A model generated the notes under the pieces. It was not told where the DNA came from. It made no database searches and was given only the letters and a program-made list of their open reading frames with translations. A program made the position numbers and the translations under genes. Shown here piece by piece: positions 18,946 to 28,906 of a DNA stretch of 64,000 nucleotides. Origin of the DNA: Candidatus Saccharimonadales bacterium (GTDB taxonomy: Bacteria; Patescibacteriota; Saccharimonadia; Saccharimonadales; JACQNP01). Numbering within the stretch: position 1 is the first letter of the stretch; every line of letters begins with the position of its first letter. The stretch lies in the NCBI GenBank assembly GCA_041742395.1, contig JBGSIS010000028.1, positions 31,147 through 95,146 on the forward strand. The letters are read 5' to 3'.

Positions 18946-20316
18946 CTACTCTGTTCTAAGTGCTTCAATCGGGTCAAGCTTTGCAGCTTTTCGAGCCGGT
19001 AATAATCCAGCAATTATTGCGATTATAACTAGTAATATAATCAGAATCATAATTTGTTTTATATCAAAAATAAGAAGACTATCGTCGCCTAACTCTAGCT
19101 TTTTAGTAATCCATGGATTAAGTAATGTACCAATTACGTAAGCCGAAATTGCACCTATTGCACCACCTATAAAGCCAATCCACGCAGCCTCAAATCTAAA
19201 TAACCTTCCAACATCTCTGCCGCGCATTCCGAGAGCTTTCATTAACCCAATTTCCCTGGTCCTTTGTAGTACACTTATATACATAGTATTTATTATCCCG
19301 AAGACTGATGCAATTAATGCTATCATTCCGAAGGTTACGACGATACCTCTTAAAACTCCGATTATTTGATTAAGAAATTCTTGAGTATCTTTAACGCTTT
19401 GAGCAGAATAACCCATATTTTTTAGTTTATCCTGAACGGCAAGTAACTTTTCATTGTTTTCGCCATCTTTAACTTTTGCAAAAACATATGAATATTTTTG
19501 ATAACCAGGTGTACCTTCTTTGGTAATATCGTTTAATCTTTTAGTATCTTCAATTCCGGAATACATATAAAGTTCTGTTCCCGGCTGTGAAGTTATCGGT
19601 TTTTTTAGAACCGCTACAACTGTAAAGTCTTCAGAATATTCAGTCTGTTGCTGTAATTGATTTACCGATTCTTGATTTACGAAAATTCCATTCTGAACTT
19701 GCTCTTGACTAACCGCTGATTGAGGCGGACGATTTACTACCAACTTTACCTGCTTGCCAACAGCATCTTGTGCATCACTAAAACCTAATGACTCTAAATA
19801 TCCTTCGGGCAACAAAATCTGTTTATTACTCAAGTTTTTTGGAATTGATCCAGCTAACAAGTCTGGTTTTTGGAAAGGACTAAAAGTGCCTACAACTCCG
19901 ACAAATTTTTTCTGATCATCCCTAGTAATGTACTTCAAACTAACAGAAGCACCCTCTCTCACAGATTCAACACCTTCGGTATTTGCAATTTTGTTGATAT
20001 CTTCAGAGTCTAAAAGTTTAATTTGAGTAGGAGCTCCGGCTTGAGAGGCAACCTCGCCGAATGATTCGTCATATTCTTGAGGCTTAGAATTATCAACTCT
20101 ATTAAATACTGCTTCATCTGCAGACACAATTAATTCAGCAGGGTCGAAGTTGTCGGAAATAATTTGGCCGACAAACTTCTCAGCTCCATTACTTGCTGAC
20201 AAAGTGAGTGTTAAAGCAAAAGCACCTACACCGATTGCAAGTGAAGTTAATAATGTACGTGCCTTAGCACTCAATAGTGAACGATTAGATCTTCGGAGTG
20301 TGTCGATTAACTTCAT
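18946..20316 (-). CDS. ABC transporter permease, MacB/FtsX-like fold
   Basis: 456 aa. N-terminal TM, about 280-aa periplasmic-type domain, three C-terminal TM helices of the FtsX family (REIGLMKALGMRGRDV). Overlaps the ATPase gene by 4 nt. Confidence 0.85.
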   Translation of the reverse strand: MKLIDTLRRSNRSLLSAKARTLLTSLAIGVGAFALTLTLSASNGAEKFVGQIISDNFDPAELIVSADEAVFNRVDNSKPQEYDESFGEVASQAGAPTQIKLLDSEDINKIANTEGVESVREGASVSLKYITRDDQKKFVGVVGTFSPFQKPDLLAGSIPKNLSNKQILLPEGYLESLGFSDAQDAVGKQVKLVVNRPPQSAVSQEQVQNGIFVNQESVNQLQQQTEYSEDFTVVAVLKKPITSQPGTELYMYSGIEDTKRLNDITKEGTPGYQKYSYVFAKVKDGENNEKLLAVQDKLKNMGYSAQSVKDTQEFLNQIIGVLRGIVVTFGMIALIASVFGIINTMYISVLQRTREIGLMKALGMRGRDVGRLFRFEAAWIGFIGGAIGAISAYVIGTLLNPWITKKLELGDDSLLIFDIKQIMILIILLVIIAIIAGLLPARKAAKLDPIEALRTE

Positions 20317-21035
20317 TTTTTAACTCCTTTTACGCTCAATTTTTTAGACCTTTGCTTTTCAATAACCTGAGTGATTTCACCGTCCTTAATTTTTATTTGC
20401 ATTTTGCACCTTTTAGAAAGTTCTTCGTCATGAGTAACGATCATTATCGTACATCCAAGTGTTTTATTCAGCTCAAAAAGTAACTGAATAATCTTTTCTC
20501 CTGTTGAAGAATCTAAGTTACCAGTTGGTTCATCGGCAAAAATTATTTTTGGCTTATTAACGATTGCCCTAGCTATATCTAACCTTTGCTTTTGACCGCC
20601 AGATAGATCCTTAGCTTTAGAGTCAATCTTTTCTGCAAGGTCAACCCTTCCTAAAGCCTTCTCGACCAATGTCCTTCGTCGTCTAGCCGGGACTCCTGCT
20701 ATTTCAAGAGGCAATGATACGTTTTGATAACAAGTTTGATTTCCTTCAACAAAAAAAGCCTGGAAAATAAAACTCATTTCTGTAGCACGGAATTTATCTA
20801 TTTCTTTTTTCTTCATGGAATGTAATTCTTTACTATCTATCAGAACGCTACCAGAATTTGGATGATCGATACCGCTCATGACATGCATTAAGGTACTCTT
20901 ACCACTTCCACTTTTTCCCGTTAGAGCAACAGTATATCCCTTAGGAATAGTCAGGTTTATATTATTTAGGGCAATGAAAACATTTTCCTTTTTTCCATAA
21001 ACTTTTGTTAAGTTTTTTACTTCTATCAATTTCAC
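20313..21035 (-). CDS. ABC transporter ATP-binding protein (MacB/LolD-like)
   Basis: 240 aa. Walker A GKSGSGKST, signature LSGGQKQR, Walker B IIFADEPTGNLD. Confidence 0.9.
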   Translation of the reverse strand: MKLIEVKNLTKVYGKKENVFIALNNINLTIPKGYTVALTGKSGSGKSTLMHVMSGIDHPNSGSVLIDSKELHSMKKKEIDKFRATEMSFIFQAFFVEGNQTCYQNVSLPLEIAGVPARRRRTLVEKALGRVDLAEKIDSKAKDLSGGQKQRLDIARAIVNKPKIIFADEPTGNLDSSTGEKIIQLLFELNKTLGCTIMIVTHDEELSKRCKMQIKIKDGEITQVIEKQRSKKLSVKGVKK

Positions 21036-21079
21036 CTCCGCTTAAGTATATTCTAGCTAAATTAGTGTTACTTACCAAA

Positions 21080-22039
21080 TTAAGCTAGCTCTATATCTAA
21101 CTTTTGACTTGAAACAGGAAGATATAGTGGCTGACCTTCCTCCAATAAAAGTAACTCCTTAGACTCATCATCCAAATCAAGCACTAAACATAATCCTGCT
21201 TTTTTATCTATTAAAGATTTATCACTGGTTATTCTGTTTTTTCTAAGTTCTGTAGTTTCTAACATATCTATCGTTAAACAACTTCCAACTATCAATCTTT
21301 GTCCAATACTAATTGGTTTAAGTTCTGGTTCAAATTTTATCGGGTCAACGAAGGTTGTATAGCCGTATTGTGCCTTAATTGACATTTCCTGTTCAATTAA
21401 ACAAGAATGTATCACAGACTCATATATGAACTGTTCGATCAGATTATCTTGTTTTGATTTTGTTAAACGCCTAAATTTTGTATCATTAACCATTTTCGCA
21501 AACTCATCAGACAAAAACTTAAGTATTATCAAACCAGATTGAGGATCTTCAAAATCGAAATATTCAGATAGATAAAAAGGATTGAATGAATCTTCTATAT
21601 CACTAATTACAGTAACTGAAGAATTTACTATAAAACAATTAAATATATCTATGGTATTTTTAAAAGTCGGTTGTTGAAATCCATTTATTTGGTCTGTCTT
21701 CACTTGATGAGTCAGTACAGGACCATCGTCTTCCATAATTATCGCCACACCAAGATGCAGTCCATATGAGACAGTTTCCTGTCTTGACTGACCAATTATA
21801 GTAGAATATTCTTCGTTAAATTCTGGAACATAGGCCACACCCATCATTGCCACAGATTTATTTATGTATGGACAACTAGAGTCTAGTTCGTCTATAACAC
21901 TATTTGCAAAATCATCAGTAAATTCATCTTCATCGTAAACGTCTCTAAGTAAAATTTGATTTAAACGAAGTTTTTCGTGAAATAGCTCTTTAGCACTTTC
22001 TTGAGAATGATCAATTTCCGGAATGTCTAGATTTTCCAA
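21080..22039 (-). CDS. hypothetical acidic cytoplasmic protein
   Basis: 319 aa ORF with no TM segment and no motif I recognise. Confidence 0.45.
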   Translation of the reverse strand: MENLDIPEIDHSQESAKELFHEKLRLNQILLRDVYDEDEFTDDFANSVIDELDSSCPYINKSVAMMGVAYVPEFNEEYSTIIGQSRQETVSYGLHLGVAIIMEDDGPVLTHQVKTDQINGFQQPTFKNTIDIFNCFIVNSSVTVISDIEDSFNPFYLSEYFDFEDPQSGLIILKFLSDEFAKMVNDTKFRRLTKSKQDNLIEQFIYESVIHSCLIEQEMSIKAQYGYTTFVDPIKFEPELKPISIGQRLIVGSCLTIDMLETTELRKNRITSDKSLIDKKAGLCLVLDLDDESKELLLLEEGQPLYLPVSSQKLDIELA

Positions 22040-22044
22040 TATAT

Positions 22045-22755
22045 TTATTCCTTATTTTCTACTATGTCCATTGCGTGGATTTTTAGCTCCAGAAGATTCT
22101 TTCCAATTAAATTGGTCCAATCTTTCACATCATCACTATTTAAGTCTGCTTGATTTATGAACAATGGCTCCCCAAATACGACCGCGGGCTTTCTTAAACT
22201 AGAATTATTTAGAATTAAGCTACTTCTATATCCAATTGCTACCGGCAAAACAGGAGTTATACCTTGGGCTTGCATAGCTGCTCTAGCTACTCCAGTCTTG
22301 GTCTTTCCAATAATTCTTTTATCTTTTGAACGGTTTCGAGTTCCCTCTACATACATTGTCACCCACTCTCCATGATTAAGCATTCTTACTGTTGTATCAA
22401 CAGCAGCATGTCTAGAATCTTGATGTAACCTGTCTACCGAAAAAGCCCCAGCATCAACCGCTAGTTTTCCAATATATGGCCATCTCCAGACTTCTTCTTT
22501 CCCTAAGAATCTCATAGGATGCAGATCATTGGCTGCTCCTAGAGCAACAATATCTATCCAGCTTTCGTGAGTTGAAGCAATAATTACGCCATTACCGCTA
22601 TCATTTGATGCAAGTTCATCTATATATTCTCCACCAACCACAACCATGCCAAGTTTTGACATTATTTTACCCAAATTGTTTCGCACTCTATGATACCTTT
22701 CGATATCGGGTATCGGAAAGTACTCACCACTATTAACTGGTTCGGGCTCACTCAT
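22045..22755 (-). CDS. plsC: 1-acyl-sn-glycerol-3-phosphate acyltransferase family protein
   Basis: 236 aa. HX4D motif (THESWID) and EGTR motif (VEGTRNRS). Confidence 0.8.
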   Translation of the reverse strand: MSEPEPVNSGEYFPIPDIERYHRVRNNLGKIMSKLGMVVVGGEYIDELASNDSGNGVIIASTHESWIDIVALGAANDLHPMRFLGKEEVWRWPYIGKLAVDAGAFSVDRLHQDSRHAAVDTTVRMLNHGEWVTMYVEGTRNRSKDKRIIGKTKTGVARAAMQAQGITPVLPVAIGYRSSLILNNSSLRKPAVVFGEPLFINQADLNSDDVKDWTNLIGKNLLELKIHAMDIVENKE

Positions 22756-22774
22756 TAAAAATGATTATATCAAA

Positions 22775-24286
22775 CTAGTTGAATTTTATATCTGGGTAAA
22801 TCGTTTTAGTAACTTCATCAATTTCGTGTCTCAGCTGAGGAAATGGCACTCCTTCTCTTGCACTAACACCCTCTAGGACCCAAAATACTCTTTCTGTATA
22901 TCCCCAACCACAGGCAGGAGGCATGCCGTATTCCAACATTTCAACAAAATCAATGTCTAACATCATTGCTTCATCGTCTCCAGCGTCGCGCATATTTTGT
23001 TGTTCTTTAAAACGATTTAGCTGATCTAAGGGATCATTTAATTCAGTAAATCCGTTTCCTAACTCGCTTCCAGAAATTATCGGCTGAAATCTTTGAACAG
23101 TTTGAGGATTATCTTTATTAATCTTTGCCAAAGGACTAATATAAAGTGGCGTATTAATTAGCCAAACTGGACCTGCCACCTCTTTTCTTATATTTTTCCA
23201 AAGTTTATCTATACCTCTAGCAATATTTTCGGTCTTTTCTACTTCTAGCTTATTGTCTTTAAGGGCTTTTTTAACCTCTTCAATTGTGCAATTCAGTGGA
23301 TTTATACCATAGTGCTTATTAATTACTTCACTGTAATCCCATTCTTCCCATTTGCCACTTAGGTCAATATCGAAATCTTCGATTTTAAACTGAAGCTTGC
23401 CGAATGTTTTTTCAATAACAAACTTATACATTTCTTCCATGAAATTCATGCCATCTCGCCAGTCGGCATAAGCCCAATACCATTCCATGGCTATATGTTC
23501 AGGTAAGTGTTCGTCACTATAATTTTCATTTCTAAATCTTGGGCCAATATCATAGACCTTCTCATATCCACCCCCCAAAAGTCTTTTCAAAGGAAGTTCC
23601 TGTGAAATCCTAAGATAAAAATCTTGGTCTAGAGCATCCATATGAGTCACAAAAGGATTGGCATCAGCCCCACCAGTCGTATGCTCTAGTACAGGAGTAT
23701 TTATCTCTATAAAACCATTGTCATCCAAAAACTCTCTAGTAAACTTCCAGAACTTACTTCGTCTAATAAATGTTTGACGAACTTCTTCGTTTACATTCAT
23801 ATCGACATACCGTCGCCTAAATCTTTCCTCTTTATTAGTAAAACCATCTTGCTTTGTTGGCATCGGTCTTAGAGATTTTGTCAGAATCCTAAACTTATCT
23901 ACTTCAATTGAAATTTCTCCAGTTTGAGTTTTTATGACTTTACCAGAACACTCAACAAAGTCTCCTGGATCTAGTAGACTTATATCAGAAATTAACAGCT
24001 CACTATTTGATCTGTCGGCTTCAGCACTTTCATCACGACGCCAAAATAGTTGAATTTCATTACCATCTTGTTTAATGACAATAAATGCTATCTTACCAAA
24101 TTTTCTTATAGATACTATTCGACCTACTGTCGTAACTTCGTTGTTTTCTAGTTCATTAAAATTGGACAAAATATTATCTATATCGTGAGTTCTAACTGAA
24201 CTAGCTGGGTATGGGTTTACTCCCAAACCGTTAAGGTTAGCCAACTTTCGCAGTCGTTCATCTCGTAATTCTTTTAAATTTGCCAT
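22775..24286 (-). CDS. lysS: lysyl-tRNA synthetase, class II
   Basis: 503 aa. OB-fold N-terminus and class II core (FRNEN, ELNDP, GMPPACGWG). Confidence 0.95.
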   Translation of the reverse strand: MANLKELRDERLRKLANLNGLGVNPYPASSVRTHDIDNILSNFNELENNEVTTVGRIVSIRKFGKIAFIVIKQDGNEIQLFWRRDESAEADRSNSELLISDISLLDPGDFVECSGKVIKTQTGEISIEVDKFRILTKSLRPMPTKQDGFTNKEERFRRRYVDMNVNEEVRQTFIRRSKFWKFTREFLDDNGFIEINTPVLEHTTGGADANPFVTHMDALDQDFYLRISQELPLKRLLGGGYEKVYDIGPRFRNENYSDEHLPEHIAMEWYWAYADWRDGMNFMEEMYKFVIEKTFGKLQFKIEDFDIDLSGKWEEWDYSEVINKHYGINPLNCTIEEVKKALKDNKLEVEKTENIARGIDKLWKNIRKEVAGPVWLINTPLYISPLAKINKDNPQTVQRFQPIISGSELGNGFTELNDPLDQLNRFKEQQNMRDAGDDEAMMLDIDFVEMLEYGMPPACGWGYTERVFWVLEGVSAREGVPFPQLRHEIDEVTKTIYPDIKFN

Positions 24287-24306
24287 TTAATTTAAGTATA
24301 TAGTCT

Positions 24307-24765
24307 TTAAGATATACTCTCAATTTTATATTTTGTAGTCTCTGCGGGTGTCTTAATTTCTACCTCATCACCTACTTTTCTACCCATTAGTGATTGGCCA
24401 ATAGGTGATTCGTCAGATATCTTTCCATTTAATGGATCAGCCTCTACAGTACCAACCACCTGAAACTCTTTAGTCTTACTACCGTTTTTTAAAACTACTT
24501 TGTATCCAAGTTTTACCTTAGATTCACCTTTTTGTTTTGTAATAACTTCAACGTTTAGTAATATGTGTTCTATTTCTGCAATCCTTGACTCAGTTCTCTC
24601 TTGCTCCTGTCTGGACGCTGAATATTCAGCATTTTCAGCAAGATCACCAAATTCTCTTGCTGTCTTTATGCGCTCTGCTATATCTGGCCTTTTAGCTATT
24701 AGCTCAATCTTCTCTGCTTCTAACTCGGCTATTCCCTCTTTTGTTAACTTAAATTGTTTGTTCAT
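24307..24765 (-). CDS. greA: transcription elongation factor GreA
   Basis: 152 aa. Coiled-coil N-terminus with GDLAENAEY, C-terminal FKBP-like domain. Confidence 0.93.
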   Translation of the reverse strand: MNKQFKLTKEGIAELEAEKIELIAKRPDIAERIKTAREFGDLAENAEYSASRQEQERTESRIAEIEHILLNVEVITKQKGESKVKLGYKVVLKNGSKTKEFQVVGTVEADPLNGKISDESPIGQSLMGRKVGDEVEIKTPAETTKYKIESIS

Positions 24766-24804
24766 TTATTGTCTCCTTAAAACCTATTTATTCTAGGTTA
24801 ATAT

Positions 24805-26049
24805 TTACTTTATAGTCTGAAAAAGTTCTTCCTCATTGATTAATTTTGCTTCCCTGTCAGTTCTGAGCTTATATTCAATTTGCTCTGCTTGAATGGTCTT
24901 ATCACTTATTACGACTCGGTGAGGTATGCCCATCAGGTCTGCATCTGCAAATTTTTCACCTGGCCGCATGTCCCTGTCGTCATAAATAGTTTCGATATTC
25001 ATATCTTGCAATTTATTATATAAATCCTCGGACTTGGATTTTACCATATCTGAGTCTCCAATTGATATCAAATAAACTTTTGCAGGGGCAATATTCTCCG
25101 GCCACACTAAGCCATTATCGTCACTCATTTTTTCGGCAATCACACCCATCACTCTGGTAATTCCTATTCCATATGAAGCTAAATAGACCGGTTTTTGTGT
25201 TCCATCTTGGTCGGCAAAATAGAATTTCATCTGTTTGCTTTTTTCAGTACCAAACTTAAATATATTTCCGGTCTCAGCAGTCTTAATTGATTTTAAATCG
25301 TCTTTATTTATACCAAGTTCTTTTGTGGCATCATCAAGAACTTCTTCGTTTACAGCGACTTTCTTATCGTCAGATATATAAAGAATGTCTTCGCCAGCAT
25401 CACAAATAGTCTGAAATTCATGACTAAATTTAGTAAAGGCGCCTCCACTGGCAAAAGTTACGAAAGTATCATCACCTATGCCTAATCGTTCAAAAACCCT
25501 TTTATAGGCTTCAATAACTTTGTCATAATATTCATCCATATCTTCTTGAGTTGCATGTACTGAATAGAGGTCTTTCATGATAAATTCACGACCACGCATT
25601 ATGCCACTTTTGGCTCTTAGTTCGTTTCTTAGTTTAGTTTGGAACTGGTAAACCCTTACTGGCAAATCTTTATAAGAGTTAACGTAATCTTTTAGAAGAT
25701 CTATAATTGCCTCTTCGTGAGACCAGCCAAAACCAACTTCTGAACCGTCTTTTAGCTTAGATTTAAACCAAACGTCTACAACATCATCGTTCCACCTATT
25801 AGTTTCCTGCCAAATATCTTTCGGCTGTAAGCTAGTCATAAATAGCTCTTCCCCATCAATATCATTCATCTCTTCACGAACAACTTGTTTAATATTGTCT
25901 ACTACTCTCAGTCCAATAGGTGTATAAGCGTAAACTCCAGCCATTTCTTTGTGTATAAACCCAGCTTGAATCAATAACTTAGCATTCTTGGACAACTCAT
26001 CAGCCGGAATTTGCTTCCTTGTCTTTATAAATGATTTCGATAATTTCAT
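24805..26049 (-). CDS. proS: prolyl-tRNA synthetase, minimal form without INS editing insertion
   Basis: 414 aa. Class II motifs (RGREFIMKDLYS, SHEFQ, SYGIGITR) and a C-terminal anticodon-binding domain. Only about 55 aa separate motifs 2 and 3. Confidence 0.9.
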   Translation of the reverse strand: MKLSKSFIKTRKQIPADELSKNAKLLIQAGFIHKEMAGVYAYTPIGLRVVDNIKQVVREEMNDIDGEELFMTSLQPKDIWQETNRWNDDVVDVWFKSKLKDGSEVGFGWSHEEAIIDLLKDYVNSYKDLPVRVYQFQTKLRNELRAKSGIMRGREFIMKDLYSVHATQEDMDEYYDKVIEAYKRVFERLGIGDDTFVTFASGGAFTKFSHEFQTICDAGEDILYISDDKKVAVNEEVLDDATKELGINKDDLKSIKTAETGNIFKFGTEKSKQMKFYFADQDGTQKPVYLASYGIGITRVMGVIAEKMSDDNGLVWPENIAPAKVYLISIGDSDMVKSKSEDLYNKLQDMNIETIYDDRDMRPGEKFADADLMGIPHRVVISDKTIQAEQIEYKLRTDREAKLINEEELFQTIK

Positions 26050-26083
26050 GATATTTACTGACCTCCAGTCAGGTAGTCTAAAT

Positions 26084-26110
26084 AAAAACCCCTCTTAGTT
26101 TTAGGAGGGG
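26084..26110 (-). terminator. rho-independent terminator-like hairpin between the CPBP gene and proS
   Basis: Minus-strand RNA reads ACCCCUC-CUAAAACUAA-GAGGGG-UUUUU (stem 26089-26094 with 26105-26110, U-tract 26084-26088). Confidence 0.55.
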
Positions 26111-26226
26111 TCGTTTAGTTCGTTTTAGTCTTTTTATGCAAAAACCAGCATACCCCTTTTAGGAATACTTCGGCACCACAATCATGAGGCATTTTTGCAT
26201 GCCTCCAGTATATCACGCTATATTAC

Positions 26227-27003
26227 TCATGCAACTTTAAAAACAAATAATGCCACGAAAGCAACGAAATTCTTAATCATATGAATCCCAATAGAAGGGT
26301 AAAGGCTCCCTGTTTTCTCTCTTACGTAGACCAAAATCCAAGATAATATAAAAGTGTCCACAGCTACTGTCCAAAGTAGTCCATCGCCACTACCAAGGCC
26401 TAAGTGGGCGGTCGCAAAAATTACTCCAACAATCAAACCAGTCCATACAAAATTAAGAGATTTTCTTAACCCAGTATATAAAAACCCTCGCATGGCAATT
26501 TCTTCTATTAGTGGTGGCAAGATCACTAAACCAATAAATACGAATATCAACTCGCTTCCTGAAGTAGCAGTCGAATATGAAACATCTTGTTGCCTGTCCA
26601 AAACTTTCTCTGACAAAATGTTATTCATAATAACTCCAGCCATTAGAGTTGCCACAAAATATACCCCAAAGCCAGACAATGTATATAAGAGCACGTCCCA
26701 CTTATCTTTTGGAAACTTCATTCCAATATCTTTAAAGCTAATCCTCCGGTAATTCATGAAGCTCCAGATAATCAACAAATAAATTCCGTAAATAACTAGA
26801 CTGAGTAGCATGCTAAGTATTGGCTTATCGCTAATTGTATCGATAACGGTCCGGACACTCGTGTTACTGCCTTCAGCATAAAATGCTAAAATTAGCGCTC
26901 CAAGAAATTGAGCCAAAAAAAACCCACCAACTGATACCATAACAGCCGTAAATGGATTGTATTGCCTGACGTAGGTTAATAAAAACCTAAATCTACTTAT
27001 CAA
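26227..27003 (-). CDS. CPBP-family intramembrane glutamic endopeptidase (CAAX protease-like)
   Basis: 258 aa polytopic protein. Motifs EEIAMRGF, FATAHL, HMIKNF. Confidence 0.85.
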   Translation of the reverse strand: MISRFRFLLTYVRQYNPFTAVMVSVGGFFLAQFLGALILAFYAEGSNTSVRTVIDTISDKPILSMLLSLVIYGIYLLIIWSFMNYRRISFKDIGMKFPKDKWDVLLYTLSGFGVYFVATLMAGVIMNNILSEKVLDRQQDVSYSTATSGSELIFVFIGLVILPPLIEEIAMRGFLYTGLRKSLNFVWTGLIVGVIFATAHLGLGSGDGLLWTVAVDTFILSWILVYVREKTGSLYPSIGIHMIKNFVAFVALFVFKVA

Positions 27004-28172
27004 TTTATAATCCTGCGAAAATCAACAATGGTAATTAGAACAAATAACATTAATAGCACTATCATTCCTGTACCGTGAATCCTGTCTTCCATTTCAGGTG
27101 TAAGTGGCTTATTAAGAGCTCTGAAAAGTAACGTAACAAACAACCTTCCTCCATCAAGAGCTGGTATCGGTAAGATATTCATAATCGCCAGCGTAAGAGA
27201 AATGAGCGCAATAATTGTAAGTATGAACGCAATTCCCAAACTGCTGTTTTGTTTAAGAACATAAAAAATTGCTACTGGTCCGCCCACTTGCTCTGATGCT
27301 TGTTGTTGCCCGTTTTTGCGTGCTTCACTATTTCCAGTCATTAATCCAGCAATTGTTGACCCTAATCCCTTAACTGCACTACCTAAGCCTTTAAAGGTCA
27401 GCTCCGTAAACTGGACCATTGTTCCTCCAGCGACTATTGGCGCAGACCATGTAGATCTTTTTTGAATAAATTCTTTCGGAATTACACCAATATATCCTTT
27501 TGGATTATCTGTATTCTTGCTGGCATCAACTTCCTCTTTAGATAGTAGTGAAATCTGAGAAATTTTTTCTTCTCCGCCTCTTAAATATGTAACAGTTAAT
27601 TCTTGGCCATTAAACTTATTAGTAATATTTCGCAACTCGTCTTCTGAACTTATTATAATCTTCTCACCACTAGCTGTAGTTACGTAAAGTAATTGATCAT
27701 ATAATTGAAGTCCCGCAATTGCCGCTGGTGAATCTTTGTCAATATACGCAACATATAATTTCTGAGCTGTCACCCTACTATCACTAGAAACATTAAACTG
27801 ATTATCAACAACTTGTGGCATCCCGATCAAAGAAACTATGGTAAACAGAGCAAATGCGGTAATTAGGTTCATCAACACTCCAGCAACCATTATCTTTACC
27901 TTATCGGACAGTTTAGCAGCTCCAAAACTACCTTTAGCAGTGTCAGCGTCATGCTCGCCCTTTAACCTCACAAAGCCACCAAGTGGTAGCCAATTCAAAG
28001 TGTATTCAGTCCCATTTTTTACAGTTATTGTCTTTGCTTTAGGCGGAAACCCTATGCCAAACTCTTCTACGTCAACATTCGCTTTTCTGGCAGCAATAAA
28101 ATGTCCCCACTCATGAACAACAACTAATCCGACAAACGAGATCAATCCAAATATTAGTAAAAATATACCCAT
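27000..28172 (-). CDS. rseP: RseP-type M50 site-2 zinc metalloprotease with PDZ
   Basis: HEWGHF (HExxH) in TM1, PDZ region, NILPIPALDGG. I prefer ATG 28172 (MGIFLLIFG..), 1 nt after the uppS stop, over the track's GTG at 28202. Confidence 0.85.
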   Translation of the reverse strand: MGIFLLIFGLISFVGLVVVHEWGHFIAARKANVDVEEFGIGFPPKAKTITVKNGTEYTLNWLPLGGFVRLKGEHDADTAKGSFGAAKLSDKVKIMVAGVLMNLITAFALFTIVSLIGMPQVVDNQFNVSSDSRVTAQKLYVAYIDKDSPAAIAGLQLYDQLLYVTTASGEKIIISSEDELRNITNKFNGQELTVTYLRGGEEKISQISLLSKEEVDASKNTDNPKGYIGVIPKEFIQKRSTWSAPIVAGGTMVQFTELTFKGLGSAVKGLGSTIAGLMTGNSEARKNGQQQASEQVGGPVAIFYVLKQNSSLGIAFILTIIALISLTLAIMNILPIPALDGGRLFVTLLFRALNKPLTPEMEDRIHGTGMIVLLMLFVLITIVDFRRIIN

Positions 28173-28173
28173 A

Positions 28174-28863
28174 TCAGTAACCAAACCTTCTTTCTCTATC
28201 ACTATAGCAATTTATCGCCTCATCCAAGTCTTCACTTGAAAAGTCCGGCCAATATTTATCACTAAAATATAACTCCGCATATGCCATACGCCACATCATG
28301 AAACCACTTAGTCGCTTTTCGCCAGAGGTCCTAATGAGTAAATCTACATTTGGCATCTGAGGATAATACATATTGTCATCTAGAGTTTTTATATCGATTT
28401 TATCTATCGTCAGATTACTGTCTACGATGCTTTTTACGGCATCAACTATTTCTTCTTTACCGCCATAATTAAAACAAAGACCCAATGTACCATTCGTGTT
28501 GTCTGCCGTCGTTTCTTCTGCCTTTTTTATGGCGTTAAGCACCTTAGACCTTAGACCGTTTCGTCTTCCCAAGATTACGATCTTGATACCTTCTTTGTGA
28601 AAAGTATCCAAGTAGTCTTCTACTGCTTTTACAACTAAATTCATTAAATAACCGACCTCTTCATCAGTTCTATTCCAGTTTTCGCTCGAAAAAACAAAGC
28701 CAGAAACATTTTTAACTCCACGCTTAAAAGCATGGAGGGCAACTTCTTCAAAAACTTTCGAACCACGCCTGTGACCCTCAAGCGTTGGAAGATTATTATT
28801 TTTAGCCCACCTTCGATTACCGTCTAGAATAAACCCTATGTGATTTGGAACTGTATCTGACAT
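28174..28863 (-). CDS. uppS: undecaprenyl-diphosphate synthase (cis-isoprenyl transferase)
   Basis: 229 aa. HIGFILDGNRRWA, RTSGEKRLSGF. Confidence 0.93.
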   Translation of the reverse strand: MSDTVPNHIGFILDGNRRWAKNNNLPTLEGHRRGSKVFEEVALHAFKRGVKNVSGFVFSSENWNRTDEEVGYLMNLVVKAVEDYLDTFHKEGIKIVILGRRNGLRSKVLNAIKKAEETTADNTNGTLGLCFNYGGKEEIVDAVKSIVDSNLTIDKIDIKTLDDNMYYPQMPNVDLLIRTSGEKRLSGFMMWRMAYAELYFSDKYWPDFSSEDLDEAINCYSDRERRFGY

Positions 28864-28906
28864 TTAGATTAAATTATACCAAAAAATAGCTGATAAATCT
28901 CTGTAA

